Below, in pieces: positions 17,466 to 26,807 of a DNA stretch of 55,237 nt. Every line of letters starts with the position of its first letter. The stretch's first letter is position 1. The notes below the pieces were generated by a model that was not told where the DNA came from, did no database searches, and saw nothing but the letters and a program-made list of their open reading frames with translations. The stretch comes from Patescibacteria group bacterium (lineage in GTDB: Bacteria; Patescibacteriota; Patescibacteriia; UBA10025; JAHIVO01). A program made the position numbers and the translations under genes. The stretch spans positions 1 to 55,237 of the forward strand of contig JADFTK010000002.1 of the NCBI GenBank assembly GCA_022560375.1, in the 5' to 3' direction.

Positions 17466-18293
17466 ATGGCACAGCAGTTTCCGGTAGTAAAAATTGGTAC
17501 CACCAAAAGAGCTCTTTACCCAAAAGCCGATCCGCTGAGGCCTTTCCCGAAATCGATCGAGAACAGACTGGGTCATAAAGGCAAGAAGCAAAGAATAGTT
17601 TTTTCTTCCAATAAAACCTCGAGCCAGCATATCGACCTTATAAAAAATAAATTCACTGAAGTTTCGGTTCTGGTCAAGAAAAATGCCAAGGCGAATTTAG
17701 TTTTACTGGGCCAAGCGAATGCCAATTCTTATGCTTTGGGATTGATCAATATTACTATTGAAGCTGGGGCAATTTTTCATGTAGTGGAGGTGGTGAGCGG
17801 GGGAGCCAGGATAGAGACTCATATTGTCATGAATATTGTTGGCCGAGGGGCTATGGTCCAGTACTCTGGAATGTTTCATGGCCAAAAAAAAGCCCATCAG
17901 GCCCTTCATATTGTCCTGCGGCATCAAGCGCCAGACACTCAGGGGGATATATTCATCAAAGGAGTGTTTGAAGATGAATCCAAGGGAATCATCTCCGGTT
18001 TAATAAAGATTGATAAAGCAGCCCAGAAAACGAACTCATATTTTAAGGATGATGTACTATTATTTGACGGGGCCATGGCTGAATCAGTGCCCACGCTAGA
18101 AATAGAGGCGGATGACGTGAAAGCATCGCATGGCTCAACCACTGCCCGGGTTAATGAAGATCAGATTTTTTATCTTACCTCTCGCGGAGTAAATGGGCAG
18201 CAGGCCAGACGCATGATAATCAGCGGTTTTTTTGAGTCCTTTCTCAAAAAAGCCAGAGTCAAGTTACCTAAAAAGATTAAATATTTTGCATAA
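17466..18293 (+). CDS. sufD: SufD-like Fe-S assembly protein (short form)
   Basis: LEIEADDVKASHGSTTARVNEDQIFYLTSRG is the SufB/D C-terminal signature. Lies between sufB and sufS. Confidence 0.75.
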   Translation: MAQQFPVVKIGTTKRALYPKADPLRPFPKSIENRLGHKGKKQRIVFSSNKTSSQHIDLIKNKFTEVSVLVKKNAKANLVLLGQANANSYALGLINITIEAGAIFHVVEVVSGGARIETHIVMNIVGRGAMVQYSGMFHGQKKAHQALHIVLRHQAPDTQGDIFIKGVFEDESKGIISGLIKIDKAAQKTNSYFKDDVLLFDGAMAESVPTLEIEADDVKASHGSTTARVNEDQIFYLTSRGVNGQQARRMIISGFFESFLKKARVKLPKKIKYFA

Positions 18294-18294
18294 T

Positions 18295-19524
18295 ATGTTG
18301 GATGCCCATAAAATAAAAAAAGATTTTCCCATTTTTCGGCAAAAATTCAGTGGCCAGCCTCTAGTGTATTTGGATTCTACGGCTAGCAGCCAAAAGCCGC
18401 AGGCGGTTATTGATGCTGTCAGTGAGTGCTACGAGAAGTATTATGCCAACGTGCACCGCGGGATATACCAGCTCTCTGAACTGGCTTCCGATGCCTACGA
18501 AGCCTCACGTGCCACGGTGGCCAAATTTATTGGCGCCACCATACGTGAGATTATATTTACTAGAAATGCCACCGAGAGCCTTAATCTCATTGCCTTCACT
18601 TGGGGTAAGCAGAATATATCAGAAGGAGATGAAATTATTATTACGGAGATGGAGCACCATGCCAATATCGTCCCCTGGCAGCAATTAACCGCAGAGAAAA
18701 AGGCTAAGTTACATTATTGGCCTATTACCGATGAGGGCCGTCTGGACTTGGATAAGCTTGATGCATTATTAAATGGTAGAACCAAGCTAGTTTCTTTATC
18801 TCATATGTCCAATGTCTTGGGTACCATTAATCCCGTAAAAGATATAATTAAAAAAATACGGAAGTATAGGAGCGATATTGTTATCTCCATAGATGGTGCT
18901 CAAAGCTTGCCTCATATCCCGGTCAACGTGGTTGATATCGATGCGGATTTTTATTCATTTTCGTCACACAAAATGCTAGGACCGGCCGGCGTCGGAGTGC
19001 TTTATGGCAAGGCCGAGATACTGGAGTCGATGCCACCTTTTTTGACTGGTGGAGACATGATTACTAAAGTGACTTTCGAGGGAGCGGAATGGAATGATAT
19101 TCCTTTTAAATTTGAAGCAGGCACACCAAATATCGCTGGCGTTATTGGCTTGGCAGCTGCCATTAATTACCTAGAAGATCTAGGCATGGATAACGTATAT
19201 CAGCATGAGCAGGATTTAACGGCTAAAGTTTTTTCGGAGCTACTCAAGATTGATGGACTTAAATTATTCGGTCCCAAGGATATTAAAGATAGAGGTGCTA
19301 TATTTTCTTTCACCCTGGGCGACATCCATCCTCATGATTTAGCTTCTATACTAGATGAGCAAGGCGTCGCCATCAGAGCGGGCCACCATTGCGCTCAGCC
19401 ACTTCATCAGCGTTTTGGCATAGAGGCCACTGGCCGTGCCAGTTTTTATATTTATAATACTGACGAAGACATAAAATCATTAATAGAGGGCTTAAAAAAG
19501 GCTCAGGAGTTATTCAGCCTATGA
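18295..19524 (+). CDS. sufS: Cysteine desulfurase SufS (class V aminotransferase)
   Basis: FSSHKMLGP (PLP lysine) and IRAGHHCAQP (active-site Cys). Start taken at ATG 18295, one nt after the sufD stop. Confidence 0.9.
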   Translation: MLDAHKIKKDFPIFRQKFSGQPLVYLDSTASSQKPQAVIDAVSECYEKYYANVHRGIYQLSELASDAYEASRATVAKFIGATIREIIFTRNATESLNLIAFTWGKQNISEGDEIIITEMEHHANIVPWQQLTAEKKAKLHYWPITDEGRLDLDKLDALLNGRTKLVSLSHMSNVLGTINPVKDIIKKIRKYRSDIVISIDGAQSLPHIPVNVVDIDADFYSFSSHKMLGPAGVGVLYGKAEILESMPPFLTGGDMITKVTFEGAEWNDIPFKFEAGTPNIAGVIGLAAAINYLEDLGMDNVYQHEQDLTAKVFSELLKIDGLKLFGPKDIKDRGAIFSFTLGDIHPHDLASILDEQGVAIRAGHHCAQPLHQRFGIEATGRASFYIYNTDEDIKSLIEGLKKAQELFSL

Positions 19525-19901
19525 GTTTTGATATGTATCGGGAGATCATTATGGATCATTATAAAAATCCGAGAAATTTTGGTGCCATCAAAAATGCTGA
19601 TGGCCAGGCTACCAAGGACAATCCCTTATGTGGGGACAGTATCCAAATAACCTACTCCGTGGGTAAAGAAAAGTTAAGTGATATCAAGTTTAATGGCACG
19701 GGCTGTAGTATTTCTTTAGCGGGCGCTTCGGTACTAACTGAAAATATAAAAGGTAAAAAATTTGATGAGGTAAAAAATTATACCGATGAAGATTTTATGA
19801 AGGATTTAACCGTGCCCATCTCGCCAGCTCGTAGGAAATGTGCCTTGTTGGGATTGCGTGCCCTGCGCCAAGCGATGGACATTGAACAACACGAGAATTA
19901 A
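19521..19901 (+). CDS. sufU: SufU/IscU-type Fe-S scaffold (sulfur acceptor)
   Basis: NPLCGDSI, GTGCSIS and RRKCALL give three conserved Cys. 4-nt overlap with sufS. Confidence 0.8.
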   Translation: MSFDMYREIIMDHYKNPRNFGAIKNADGQATKDNPLCGDSIQITYSVGKEKLSDIKFNGTGCSISLAGASVLTENIKGKKFDEVKNYTDEDFMKDLTVPISPARRKCALLGLRALRQAMDIEQHEN

Positions 19902-19942
19902 TGTTTTAATAAATAAGGACGCTAATAATTAATATAAATACT

Positions 19943-20557
19943 ATGCCAAATAAATTTGAAACACCAAAACTGCTATATGCCTACGACGCACTTGAGCCTT
20001 ATATAGATAAGGAAACAATGACTATTCATCATGATAAGCATCATGTGGCTTATACCACCAAGCTCAACGCCGCAATCGATAAGCACCCTGATCTGTTTGA
20101 GAAAACCGCCGAAGAGTTATTGCGTAATCTGGGAGCCATTCCAGAAGATATTCGAATGATAGTTCGTAATAATGGCGGTGGCCATGTCAATCATGCCTTA
20201 TTCTGGGAAATTATGGGACCCGAGGCTGGTGGAGAGCCAGAGGGAGATTTAGCAGCAGCTATCGAGAGTGACCTGGGTAGCTTCGACGCATTTAAAGAGG
20301 CTTTCACAGAAGCGGCTACCACTCAGTTTGGATCAGGTTGGGCTTGGCTCGTTTTTGATAACGGAAAATTAGTAGTAGAAAAAACAGCTAATCAAGATAC
20401 ACCTTTGTCAGATGGTAAAATACCTATCCTGGGACTTGATGTTTGGGAGCACGCCTATTATTTGAAGTACAAAAATGTCCGCCCCGATTATATAAAAGCT
20501 TTTTGGAACGTTGTGAATTGGTCAGCTGTCTCGGAAAAGTTTGATGCCGCTTCATAA
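19943..20557 (+). CDS. sodA: Fe/Mn superoxide dismutase
   Basis: HHDKHH and DVWEHAYYL motifs. Metal specificity cannot be decided from sequence. Confidence 0.9.
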   Translation: MPNKFETPKLLYAYDALEPYIDKETMTIHHDKHHVAYTTKLNAAIDKHPDLFEKTAEELLRNLGAIPEDIRMIVRNNGGGHVNHALFWEIMGPEAGGEPEGDLAAAIESDLGSFDAFKEAFTEAATTQFGSGWAWLVFDNGKLVVEKTANQDTPLSDGKIPILGLDVWEHAYYLKYKNVRPDYIKAFWNVVNWSAVSEKFDAAS

Positions 20558-20596
20558 GTCATTGAATAAAATATATATTTAATCAAAAAAATAGCT

Positions 20597-21103
20597 ATGA
20601 TTAGCCAAAAAATCGTTGAGGCCATAAATGGCCAAATTAAAGAAGAGTTCTACTCCGCATATTTATATTTAGCTCTGGCAGCGCATTATGAGGCGGCCCA
20701 CCTCAAAGGTTTTTACCAATGGTTGATGGCACAATATGAGGAAGAGATGCAGCACGCTATTAAGTTCTACAATTATTTACTGGAGCGTGACGGTAAAATT
20801 GAACTACTACAGATCGACAAGCCCCCTACAGATTTTCCGCCACCTCATGAGGCCTTTAAATTAGCCTATGCCCATGAGAAGAAGATCACCGGATTAATTA
20901 ATGATCTTTATCATCTGGCTCAAACTGAAAAAGATCCAGCTTTTGAACAATTTTTACGTTGGTTTATTGAAGAACAGGTAGAGGAAGAAGAAGGTACTTT
21001 AGCCATTGTGGGGAAATTGGAGAAAATAGGCAAAGATCCTACTGGACTTTTCATGCTTGATGGTCAACTAGGACAGCAAAAGGAAGCGGGTAAAAGCGAG
21101 TAG
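20597..21103 (+). CDS. ftn: Non-heme ferritin
   Basis: Ferritin-like four-helix pattern EEFYSAYLYL...EEMQHA...AHEKKIT...FIEEQVEEE. Confidence 0.85.
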   Translation: MISQKIVEAINGQIKEEFYSAYLYLALAAHYEAAHLKGFYQWLMAQYEEEMQHAIKFYNYLLERDGKIELLQIDKPPTDFPPPHEAFKLAYAHEKKITGLINDLYHLAQTEKDPAFEQFLRWFIEEQVEEEEGTLAIVGKLEKIGKDPTGLFMLDGQLGQQKEAGKSE

Positions 21104-21186
21104 ATATTGATATAGACCAATATTTATGCTATAGTGCATAGGTGAGTTATGATGTGTATTCATTAGAATAAAAGAACAAAAAATTT

Positions 21187-21396
21187 ATGAAGATAGTATT
21201 AAAAAGGGATAAATGTATATCAGCTGGAACATGCGTAGCCATCTCACCTGAAGTTTTTGAGCTTGATGAAGAGGGTAAAGTAACATTAAAAAATCCTACC
21301 GGCGACGATGAGCAGACAATTATTGACGCTGCCAGATCTTGTCCTACCCAAGCCATTGAAATATATGATGATGATGGTAAACAGATAGTTCCCTAA
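21187..21396 (+). CDS. Small single-cluster ferredoxin (three Cys, probably [3Fe-4S])
   Basis: KCISAGTC...SCPTQAIEI. There are only three Cys in 69 aa. Confidence 0.75.
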   Translation: MKIVLKRDKCISAGTCVAISPEVFELDEEGKVTLKNPTGDDEQTIIDAARSCPTQAIEIYDDDGKQIVP

Positions 21397-21416
21397 CTTA
21401 ATCAATTAATTTTTTA

Positions 21417-22130
21417 TTGACCACTCGTAGTATGGACCCCCAACAAGTCTATCCGGATCAATCGGGACGCCCTTACAAGAAGTGGTTTTTTGTATTGCTG
21501 GTATTGATGGTGATAGTGATCGGCACAGGAGTTTATTTGCTGATACAGGTAAGACAGAATGTCGAAACCATTAGTTCTGGCAATGGTGATTCCGCAGTTG
21601 CTCCATCTGGCGAGGTGGCCACTACCGATGATCCGTTTGCCGGTAATCCAGATGCCAGTATCGTGATAGTAGAGTTTTCAGATTTCCAGTGCCCCTTTTG
21701 CTTTCAGTCATTTCCCATTGTCAGGGAAATAATAAATACTTACGGGGATGATATAAAATTTATCTATCGTGATTTCCCCATAGATGAAATCCATCCCCAG
21801 GCTCAAAAAGCTGCTGAGGCCGGAGAATGCGCACAGGAGCAGGGAAAATTTTGGGAAATGCACGACAAAATGTTTATTAACCAGAATGACTTATTTGTTC
21901 CATCCTTAAAAAGATATGCGGCTGAGATTGGGCTGGATGTCAGCACTTTTAGTCAGTGTCTGGACAATGGTGATTTTGCAGCTGAAGTAAAGCAAGATTT
22001 CAATGATGGACTTTTTGCTGGCGTTGACGGAACACCGACTTTCTTTATTAATGGCAGAAAGTTTGATGGAGTTGTCAGTGTGGAGGTTTTTTCGTCCACT
22101 ATAGAGCAGCTTATTTTATTGGGTAGCTAG
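21417..22130 (+). CDS. Membrane-anchored DsbA-family thiol:disulfide oxidoreductase
   Basis: N-terminal TM and FSDFQCPFC active site. Possible ATG start at 21432. Confidence 0.8.
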   Translation: MTTRSMDPQQVYPDQSGRPYKKWFFVLLVLMVIVIGTGVYLLIQVRQNVETISSGNGDSAVAPSGEVATTDDPFAGNPDASIVIVEFSDFQCPFCFQSFPIVREIINTYGDDIKFIYRDFPIDEIHPQAQKAAEAGECAQEQGKFWEMHDKMFINQNDLFVPSLKRYAAEIGLDVSTFSQCLDNGDFAAEVKQDFNDGLFAGVDGTPTFFINGRKFDGVVSVEVFSSTIEQLILLGS

Positions 22131-22148
22131 TATAATACCTATAATTTC

Positions 22149-22176
22149 TTGACAAAGAATAATCCACTGATATAAT
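22149..22176 (+). promoter_or_regulatory. Sigma70-like promoter (TTGACA-N16-TATAAT)
   Basis: TTGACA at 22149-22154 and TATAAT at 22171-22176. Confidence 0.5.
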
Positions 22177-22220
22177 TGATAAACCTTATCAAATAAAAAT
22201 TTAATTTATTATCAATAAAT

Positions 22221-22985
22221 ATGACAGACGAAAAAACAACCGTTCGGGAAAAGATTATATATAAAACACCAACCAAAATTGCTTTCTTGTTGGGGATTAT
22301 GGCCGGTATCACTTTGACTTCTGTGGCCGCTTTTATTATGACTTACTCATTACTACGAGCTGATTTGGGTACCGGTGGCACAGCTTCTAATACTGGCACT
22401 GTTGCTGATGTGCGAGATACTGGTACGGCCGTTCCATCACCTACACCGACACCTGCTACCGCACCAACCGCTGATATTACTGTCAGGGATGATGACCACA
22501 TCAGAGGGGATAAGAATGCGCCCATAACACTTGTTGAATATTCGGATTTTGAGTGCCCCTTTTGTACCAGGCACCAGCCGACCCTAGATCAGATATTGGA
22601 AGAATATGATGGCCAGGTAAAACTAGTATATAGGCACTATCCGTTATCATTTCATCCTGAGGCCCAAAAAGCTGCTGAGGCATCTGAATGCGCCGGTGAT
22701 CAGGGTCAGTTCTGGGAAATGCATGATAAACTATTTGCCTTGAATGCGGACAGTAATCTGAGCGTAGCCAATTACAAATTAGCTGCTGGCGAGCTCGGAC
22801 TCAAGCAGAGTACTTTTGACAACTGCTTGGATGACGGAGATCACGCTCAGACTGTAACAGACGAGCTGGCAGAGGGTACCACCTATGGAGTTAATGGCAC
22901 TCCCGCCACTTTTGTAAATGGTCAGTTGGTTTCTGGTGCTGTTCCATTTTCTAGCTTTAAGACTATAATCGACGGACTACTTTAA
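22221..22985 (+). CDS. Membrane-anchored DsbA-family thiol:disulfide oxidoreductase (paralog)
   Basis: TM helix, Thr/Pro-rich linker, YSDFECPFC active site. Shares FWEMHDK with the upstream paralog. Confidence 0.8.
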   Translation: MTDEKTTVREKIIYKTPTKIAFLLGIMAGITLTSVAAFIMTYSLLRADLGTGGTASNTGTVADVRDTGTAVPSPTPTPATAPTADITVRDDDHIRGDKNAPITLVEYSDFECPFCTRHQPTLDQILEEYDGQVKLVYRHYPLSFHPEAQKAAEASECAGDQGQFWEMHDKLFALNADSNLSVANYKLAAGELGLKQSTFDNCLDDGDHAQTVTDELAEGTTYGVNGTPATFVNGQLVSGAVPFSSFKTIIDGLL

Positions 22986-23005
22986 GCCATTAATTTGCTC
23001 AAGCA

Positions 23006-23794
23006 ATGAGCGGTCAGTATCCGGAGGCCATACTTTTCAGTATCGGGGCAGTAACGGTTTATTGGTATGGTGTAATCCTAGCCGTGGCCATAATCGTCGG
23101 ACTGTTTATAGCGCATAAGAATTTTGAGAAAAAGCAGGTCAGTACAGATCATTTGTACAACTTGCTTTTTTTGTTGATCATCTTCGGTTTAATTGGCGGG
23201 CGTATCGGTCATATCATTGGTGAGTGGGGTTATTATGCTGCCAGTCCCAGCAGCATAATAAAAATTTGGGAAGGGGGACTGGCAATACACGGAGTTTTGT
23301 CGGCTGGTTTGCTGGTGGTATATTTCTATACCAAGATAAAAAAATTATCATTTTGGCTAGTCGTGGATAGTATGATCATAGCCTTACCGCTAATGCAGTC
23401 CATAGGTCGTTGGGGGAATTACTTTAACCAAGAATTATTTGGTAAGCCAACTGAGGTAGCCTGGGGAATACCAATTGCCCTGGCCAATCGTCCATTTGAA
23501 TACGCTGGGTATGAATTTTTTCATCCTTTGTTCTTCTATGAATCTATCCTAATGTTGCTAGTATTTGCCATAATTTATTATTTGTTCAGACAGGATCAAT
23601 TTCATTTTGGGCATTATACTCTTTTATACTTTATATTATTTGGGGTAATTCGTTTTTCTTTAGACTTTTTGAGAATAGACATGTTCCAAATTGGGCCGTT
23701 GCTGCTTACCCAATGGATTAGTATCGTGATAATTGCATTAGCAATTTATATTTGGCGCAGTCCTAAATTTCAAAAAACTCTGGCTAAAAAATAA
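23006..23794 (+). CDS. lgt: Prolipoprotein diacylglyceryl transferase
   Basis: GRWGNYFNQELFGKPT motif and multi-TM architecture. Confidence 0.9.
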   Translation: MSGQYPEAILFSIGAVTVYWYGVILAVAIIVGLFIAHKNFEKKQVSTDHLYNLLFLLIIFGLIGGRIGHIIGEWGYYAASPSSIIKIWEGGLAIHGVLSAGLLVVYFYTKIKKLSFWLVVDSMIIALPLMQSIGRWGNYFNQELFGKPTEVAWGIPIALANRPFEYAGYEFFHPLFFYESILMLLVFAIIYYLFRQDQFHFGHYTLLYFILFGVIRFSLDFLRIDMFQIGPLLLTQWISIVIIALAIYIWRSPKFQKTLAKK

Positions 23795-23865
23795 GTTGCG
23801 TCTACAAGGATAGGCGCCGGTACAAATTGATTAATCCATCTTTTTTGATTAGATAATTTCATCCA

Positions 23866-23898
23866 AATAAAAACCCATTCGCTAAACGAACGGGTTTT
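23866..23898 (-). terminator. Rho-independent terminator (better paired on minus strand)
   Basis: AAAACCCATTCG pairs with CGAACGGGTTTT, with one G-U pair on the minus strand. T-rich tail follows on the minus strand. Confidence 0.5.
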
Positions 23899-23922
23899 AC
23901 ACTTTTAGAGACTGGTCTTTTG

Positions 23923-24372
23923 TCAAGTGTTGACTTTAATGAAGTCAGCAATTTTGCTCTTGGCATTTTCCGGACTATCGTAAGTGACACATTTAAAAGG
24001 GGTCGAAATGTACCTTGAGCCGTCCTTGCCTCGAATATATGCTGAAACCACCTCGGGCTTGATAGAACTTTTATATATACATAGAACTGGACGACCAAGA
24101 CTGACCGAATCAGCAATTTCACCACCAACACCCGAGCTAGGATCGCTGATTTCAAATATCGCGACATGAGATTTTGTTATCCACTCATAATCTCTATCGT
24201 GAATCTGAGTTGCTGCTATTTGATTTTCAGCATTAAATATGCCATCTTGGGTTTGGTGCTTGGTTGTCAATTCGTGCCCCAATTCCTCAATGACACGCTG
24301 TAATTGCCTAAGCTCATTAAGGCTTACAGCTTTATGGCCTCCTCTCATAGAACAACCAAAAAATATTTTCAA
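23923..24372 (-). CDS. Nucleoside 2-deoxyribosyltransferase / DNPH1(Rcl)-like protein
   Basis: MKIFFGCSMRGG...VAIFEISDPSSGVGGEIA pattern. TTG start, with GGAGG 8 nt upstream. Confidence 0.6.
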   Translation of the reverse strand: MKIFFGCSMRGGHKAVSLNELRQLQRVIEELGHELTTKHQTQDGIFNAENQIAATQIHDRDYEWITKSHVAIFEISDPSSGVGGEIADSVSLGRPVLCIYKSSIKPEVVSAYIRGKDGSRYISTPFKCVTYDSPENAKSKIADFIKVNT

Positions 24373-24495
24373 CAGTATTCCCTCCTTTCAATAAGAGTAT
24401 AAATTAGTTAAGCAAACAGTATCTAGAATGTCAAGATCCAACAAAAAAAATAATCAACAAAAATGATTCAAGTAATATAAGTAGTTAGTTTTTTA

Positions 24496-24677
24496 TACCA
24501 GGGGTGGGATTTCTCCTTCCCTGATAGTTCGAGCAGAGTCTCTCACTATCTCCTCCGGAGCCTGCCGCCCTCACTTGATCGCCCATGGCGCGTTCGGGTC
24601 GGCTTCAAATCCCACAGAGCATAAAACAACCCTGCAGTATTACGGTAGGGTATTTATCGTTAAATTATCATGGTGCT
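24496..24677 (-). ncRNA. Unassigned GC-rich structured element directly downstream of tRNA-Met, ending in a 17-nt copy of the tRNA 3' end
   Basis: TACCAGGGGTGGGATTT occurs at 24496-24512 and again at 24681-24697. The long-range helix GTGGGATTT/AAATCCCAC encloses about 95 nt containing several GC helices. Confidence 0.3.
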
Positions 24678-24754
24678 TGGTACCAGGGGTGGGATTTGAA
24701 CCCACGACCTCGGGCTTATGAGTCCCACGCTCTAACCAACTGAGCTACCCTGGC
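24678..24754 (-). tRNA. tRNA-Met or tRNA-Ile2 (anticodon CAT), CCA encoded
   Basis: Hand-folded cloverleaf: GCCAGGG acceptor, GCTC/GAGC D stem, CTCATAA anticodon loop, GTGGG-TTCAAAT-CCCAC T arm. Confidence 0.85.
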
Positions 24755-24878
24755 TCGTTTTATGAAAACCCCTTTTTAGAAAAGTGGTTTTCATCGCTTT
24801 CCACAAAAATTAATTGTTTCGCTAGGCTCGGGGCCCGCAAGACCCGTAGCCTTGCGAATCTTTTCATAATAATTATTT

Positions 24879-24953
24879 TGGTTGCGGGGGAGGGACTTGC
24901 ACCCTCGATCTCCGGATTATGAGCCCGGCGAGATACTACTTCTCCACCCCGCG
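24879..24953 (-). tRNA. Initiator tRNA-fMet (CAT), CCA encoded
   Basis: CGCGGGG...CCCCGCA-A-CCA gives a C1xA72 mismatch. CTCATAA anticodon loop. Confidence 0.85.
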
Positions 24954-25001
24954 CTGGATGTATACTGGATTATAAATTATTTCTTCACTTTTGACAAGCC
25001 G

Positions 25002-25088
25002 TGGTGCCGGGAGAGAGACTCGAACTCTCATGATGTTGCCATCGCAGGATTTTGAGTCCTGCGCGTCTACCAGTTCCGCCATCCCGGC
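25002..25088 (-). tRNA. tRNA-Leu (CAA), type II with long variable arm, CCA encoded
   Basis: GCCGGGA acceptor, CAGGA-CTCAAAA-TCCTG anticodon arm, long variable arm, GAGAG-TTCGAGT-CTCTC T arm. Confidence 0.85.
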
Positions 25089-25165
25089 GCGCATAGGATG
25101 ATTCTATGGAAAAAAACTGTTTTTGTCAATGCTTTTTTGCTATAATAAAGGCAACTAATGAGCTT

Positions 25166-25933
25166 ATGTCAAAGGTTATTTCAATCGTCAACCAAAAAGG
25201 GGGAGTCGGTAAGACAACTACCGCAGTTAACCTGGCCACGTATTTGGCACGTTTAGGGAACTCCGTGCTATTAATTGACCTTGATCCCCAGGGTAATGCT
25301 TCGTCAGGCATCGGTGTTAATTATCGGCAGGTAAACAAAGGGATATATCATCCCCTGATTTCGGACGTACCCTTGAAAGAAGTAGTCGTGCCAACTCAGG
25401 TGGATGGACTTAGTTTGGCACCGGCCAGCATTGATTTGGCTGGCGCAAGGGTAGAATTGGTAGATATGGAGACCCGCGAATTTCAATTACACAACGCTAT
25501 TCTCGAGATTCGCCATGGTTATGATTATATTATCATCGATTGTCCACCCTCCCTTTGCTTATTAACTTTGAATGGCCTAGTGGCTTCAGATGACGTCCTC
25601 ATCCCGGTACAAACGGAATACTATGCCCTGGAAGGCCTCGGTCAATTATTAGAGACCATTGAGCTGGTCAGAAATAATTTGAAACCGGAACTAAATATTT
25701 TAGGTGCCGTCATGACCATGTATGATGAAAGAAATCAATTGTCCAATGAGGTATTTAAGGAGCTGTACCGCTATTTTCCCAATAAAATATTTAGAACGGT
25801 AGTACCCAGAAACGTAAAATTAGCTGAAGCCCCCAGTTTTGGAAAAAGTATATATGACTATGCAAAAAAATCTCCTGGTGCCAAGGCATACGAAAGGCTA
25901 GCTAAAGAGATAATTGCCCACAACGCTAGTTAA
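25166..25933 (+). CDS. parA: Chromosome partitioning ATPase ParA/Soj
   Basis: VNQKGGVGKTTT deviant Walker A. Start taken at the internal Met (MSKVISIV). TGnTATAAT extended -10 at 25137-25146. Confidence 0.9.
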   Translation: MSKVISIVNQKGGVGKTTTAVNLATYLARLGNSVLLIDLDPQGNASSGIGVNYRQVNKGIYHPLISDVPLKEVVVPTQVDGLSLAPASIDLAGARVELVDMETREFQLHNAILEIRHGYDYIIIDCPPSLCLLTLNGLVASDDVLIPVQTEYYALEGLGQLLETIELVRNNLKPELNILGAVMTMYDERNQLSNEVFKELYRYFPNKIFRTVVPRNVKLAEAPSFGKSIYDYAKKSPGAKAYERLAKEIIAHNAS

Positions 25934-25956
25934 TTATTAGCTGATAAAAAATATTC

Positions 25957-26805
25957 ATGTCAAAAAAAACGTTAGGTAGAGGACTGAGCTCATTAATACC
26001 ATCGAAAGTTGTATCGTCTACAGACATATCAAGTGATGAAAAAGTATTGCAGCTAGCCGTCGACCGTATCCAACCAAATCCATATCAGCCTCGCCAGAAT
26101 TTTAATAGGGAGGCCTTGGAAGATCTGACTAATTCCATTAAGGTGCATGGCATAATCCAGCCTTTAGTAGTATTAGAAACTGAAGGAGGCTATCAGCTGA
26201 TAGCCGGTGAGAGACGATTGCGGGCAGCTAAACTTTTGGGTAAAAGCAAAGTACCGGCCATCGTCCGTAAGGCGTCTGATCAGGAGAAGCTGGAATTGGC
26301 ACTGGTCGAAAATGTCCAGCGCGAGAATTTGAATCCTATCGAAAGAGCCCATGGGTATCAACAGTTAATTGACGAGTACAGTCTGACACAGGAAGAAGTG
26401 GCCAAAAAAGTTGGTCAGAGCCGGGCAGCGGTCAGCAACACCATAAGGCTGCTAACGCTGGCAGAGGAAATTCAAAAAGCTGTGGTGGATAGCAAGATTA
26501 CAGAAGGGCACGCTAAGGTTTTACTTAGTGTTACCTCAGAAAAAGAGCGCCACAAATTATTTTCTGATATTCTGCATAATAAATTAAGTGTGCGTATTAC
26601 TGCCAGTCGTGTTCCAGGTTTTTCGTCATCCCAACCGAACAAGTATGCTACTAAAGACCCTAATTTGATTGAGAAGGAAGATATAATAAAGGAAGCATTA
26701 GGGACTAAAGTTGAAATTAATAAAAAGGGGCCAAAAGGTACTATTGTCATTCATTATTATTCGGGAGAAGAATTGCAGTCAATAATTAGAAAGATTTCTG
26801 GTTAA
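25957..26805 (+). CDS. parB: Chromosome partitioning protein ParB/Spo0J
   Basis: LIAGERRLRAA and ENVQRENLNPIE motifs, plus an HTH. Confidence 0.9.
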   Translation: MSKKTLGRGLSSLIPSKVVSSTDISSDEKVLQLAVDRIQPNPYQPRQNFNREALEDLTNSIKVHGIIQPLVVLETEGGYQLIAGERRLRAAKLLGKSKVPAIVRKASDQEKLELALVENVQRENLNPIERAHGYQQLIDEYSLTQEEVAKKVGQSRAAVSNTIRLLTLAEEIQKAVVDSKITEGHAKVLLSVTSEKERHKLFSDILHNKLSVRITASRVPGFSSSQPNKYATKDPNLIEKEDIIKEALGTKVEINKKGPKGTIVIHYYSGEELQSIIRKISG

Positions 26806-26807
26806 TT

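Noticed and set aside
23859-24167. 102-aa minus-strand ORF overlapping the DNPH1-like gene in another frame
   Set aside because: It lies mostly inside 23923-24372, which has a recognisable family signature, an SD and a terminator. There is no independent start signal.
24503-24614. Possible small (4.5S-type) SRP RNA: about 112 nt closed by a terminal helix, with CAGGCUCCGGAGGAGAUAG reminiscent of CAGGUCCGGAAGGAAGCAG
   Set aside because: I could not form the GNAR tetraloop with its closing C-G pairs. The conserved 3' AGCA symmetric-loop motif is absent. A multi-stem fold fits better than a single long hairpin.
24496-24697. Integrated mobile element bounded by 17-nt direct repeats of the tRNA-Met 3' end
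   Set aside because: Only about 167 nt lie between the repeats, and there is no integrase or other cargo. At most this is a scar. I kept it as a finding, not as a mobile_element feature.
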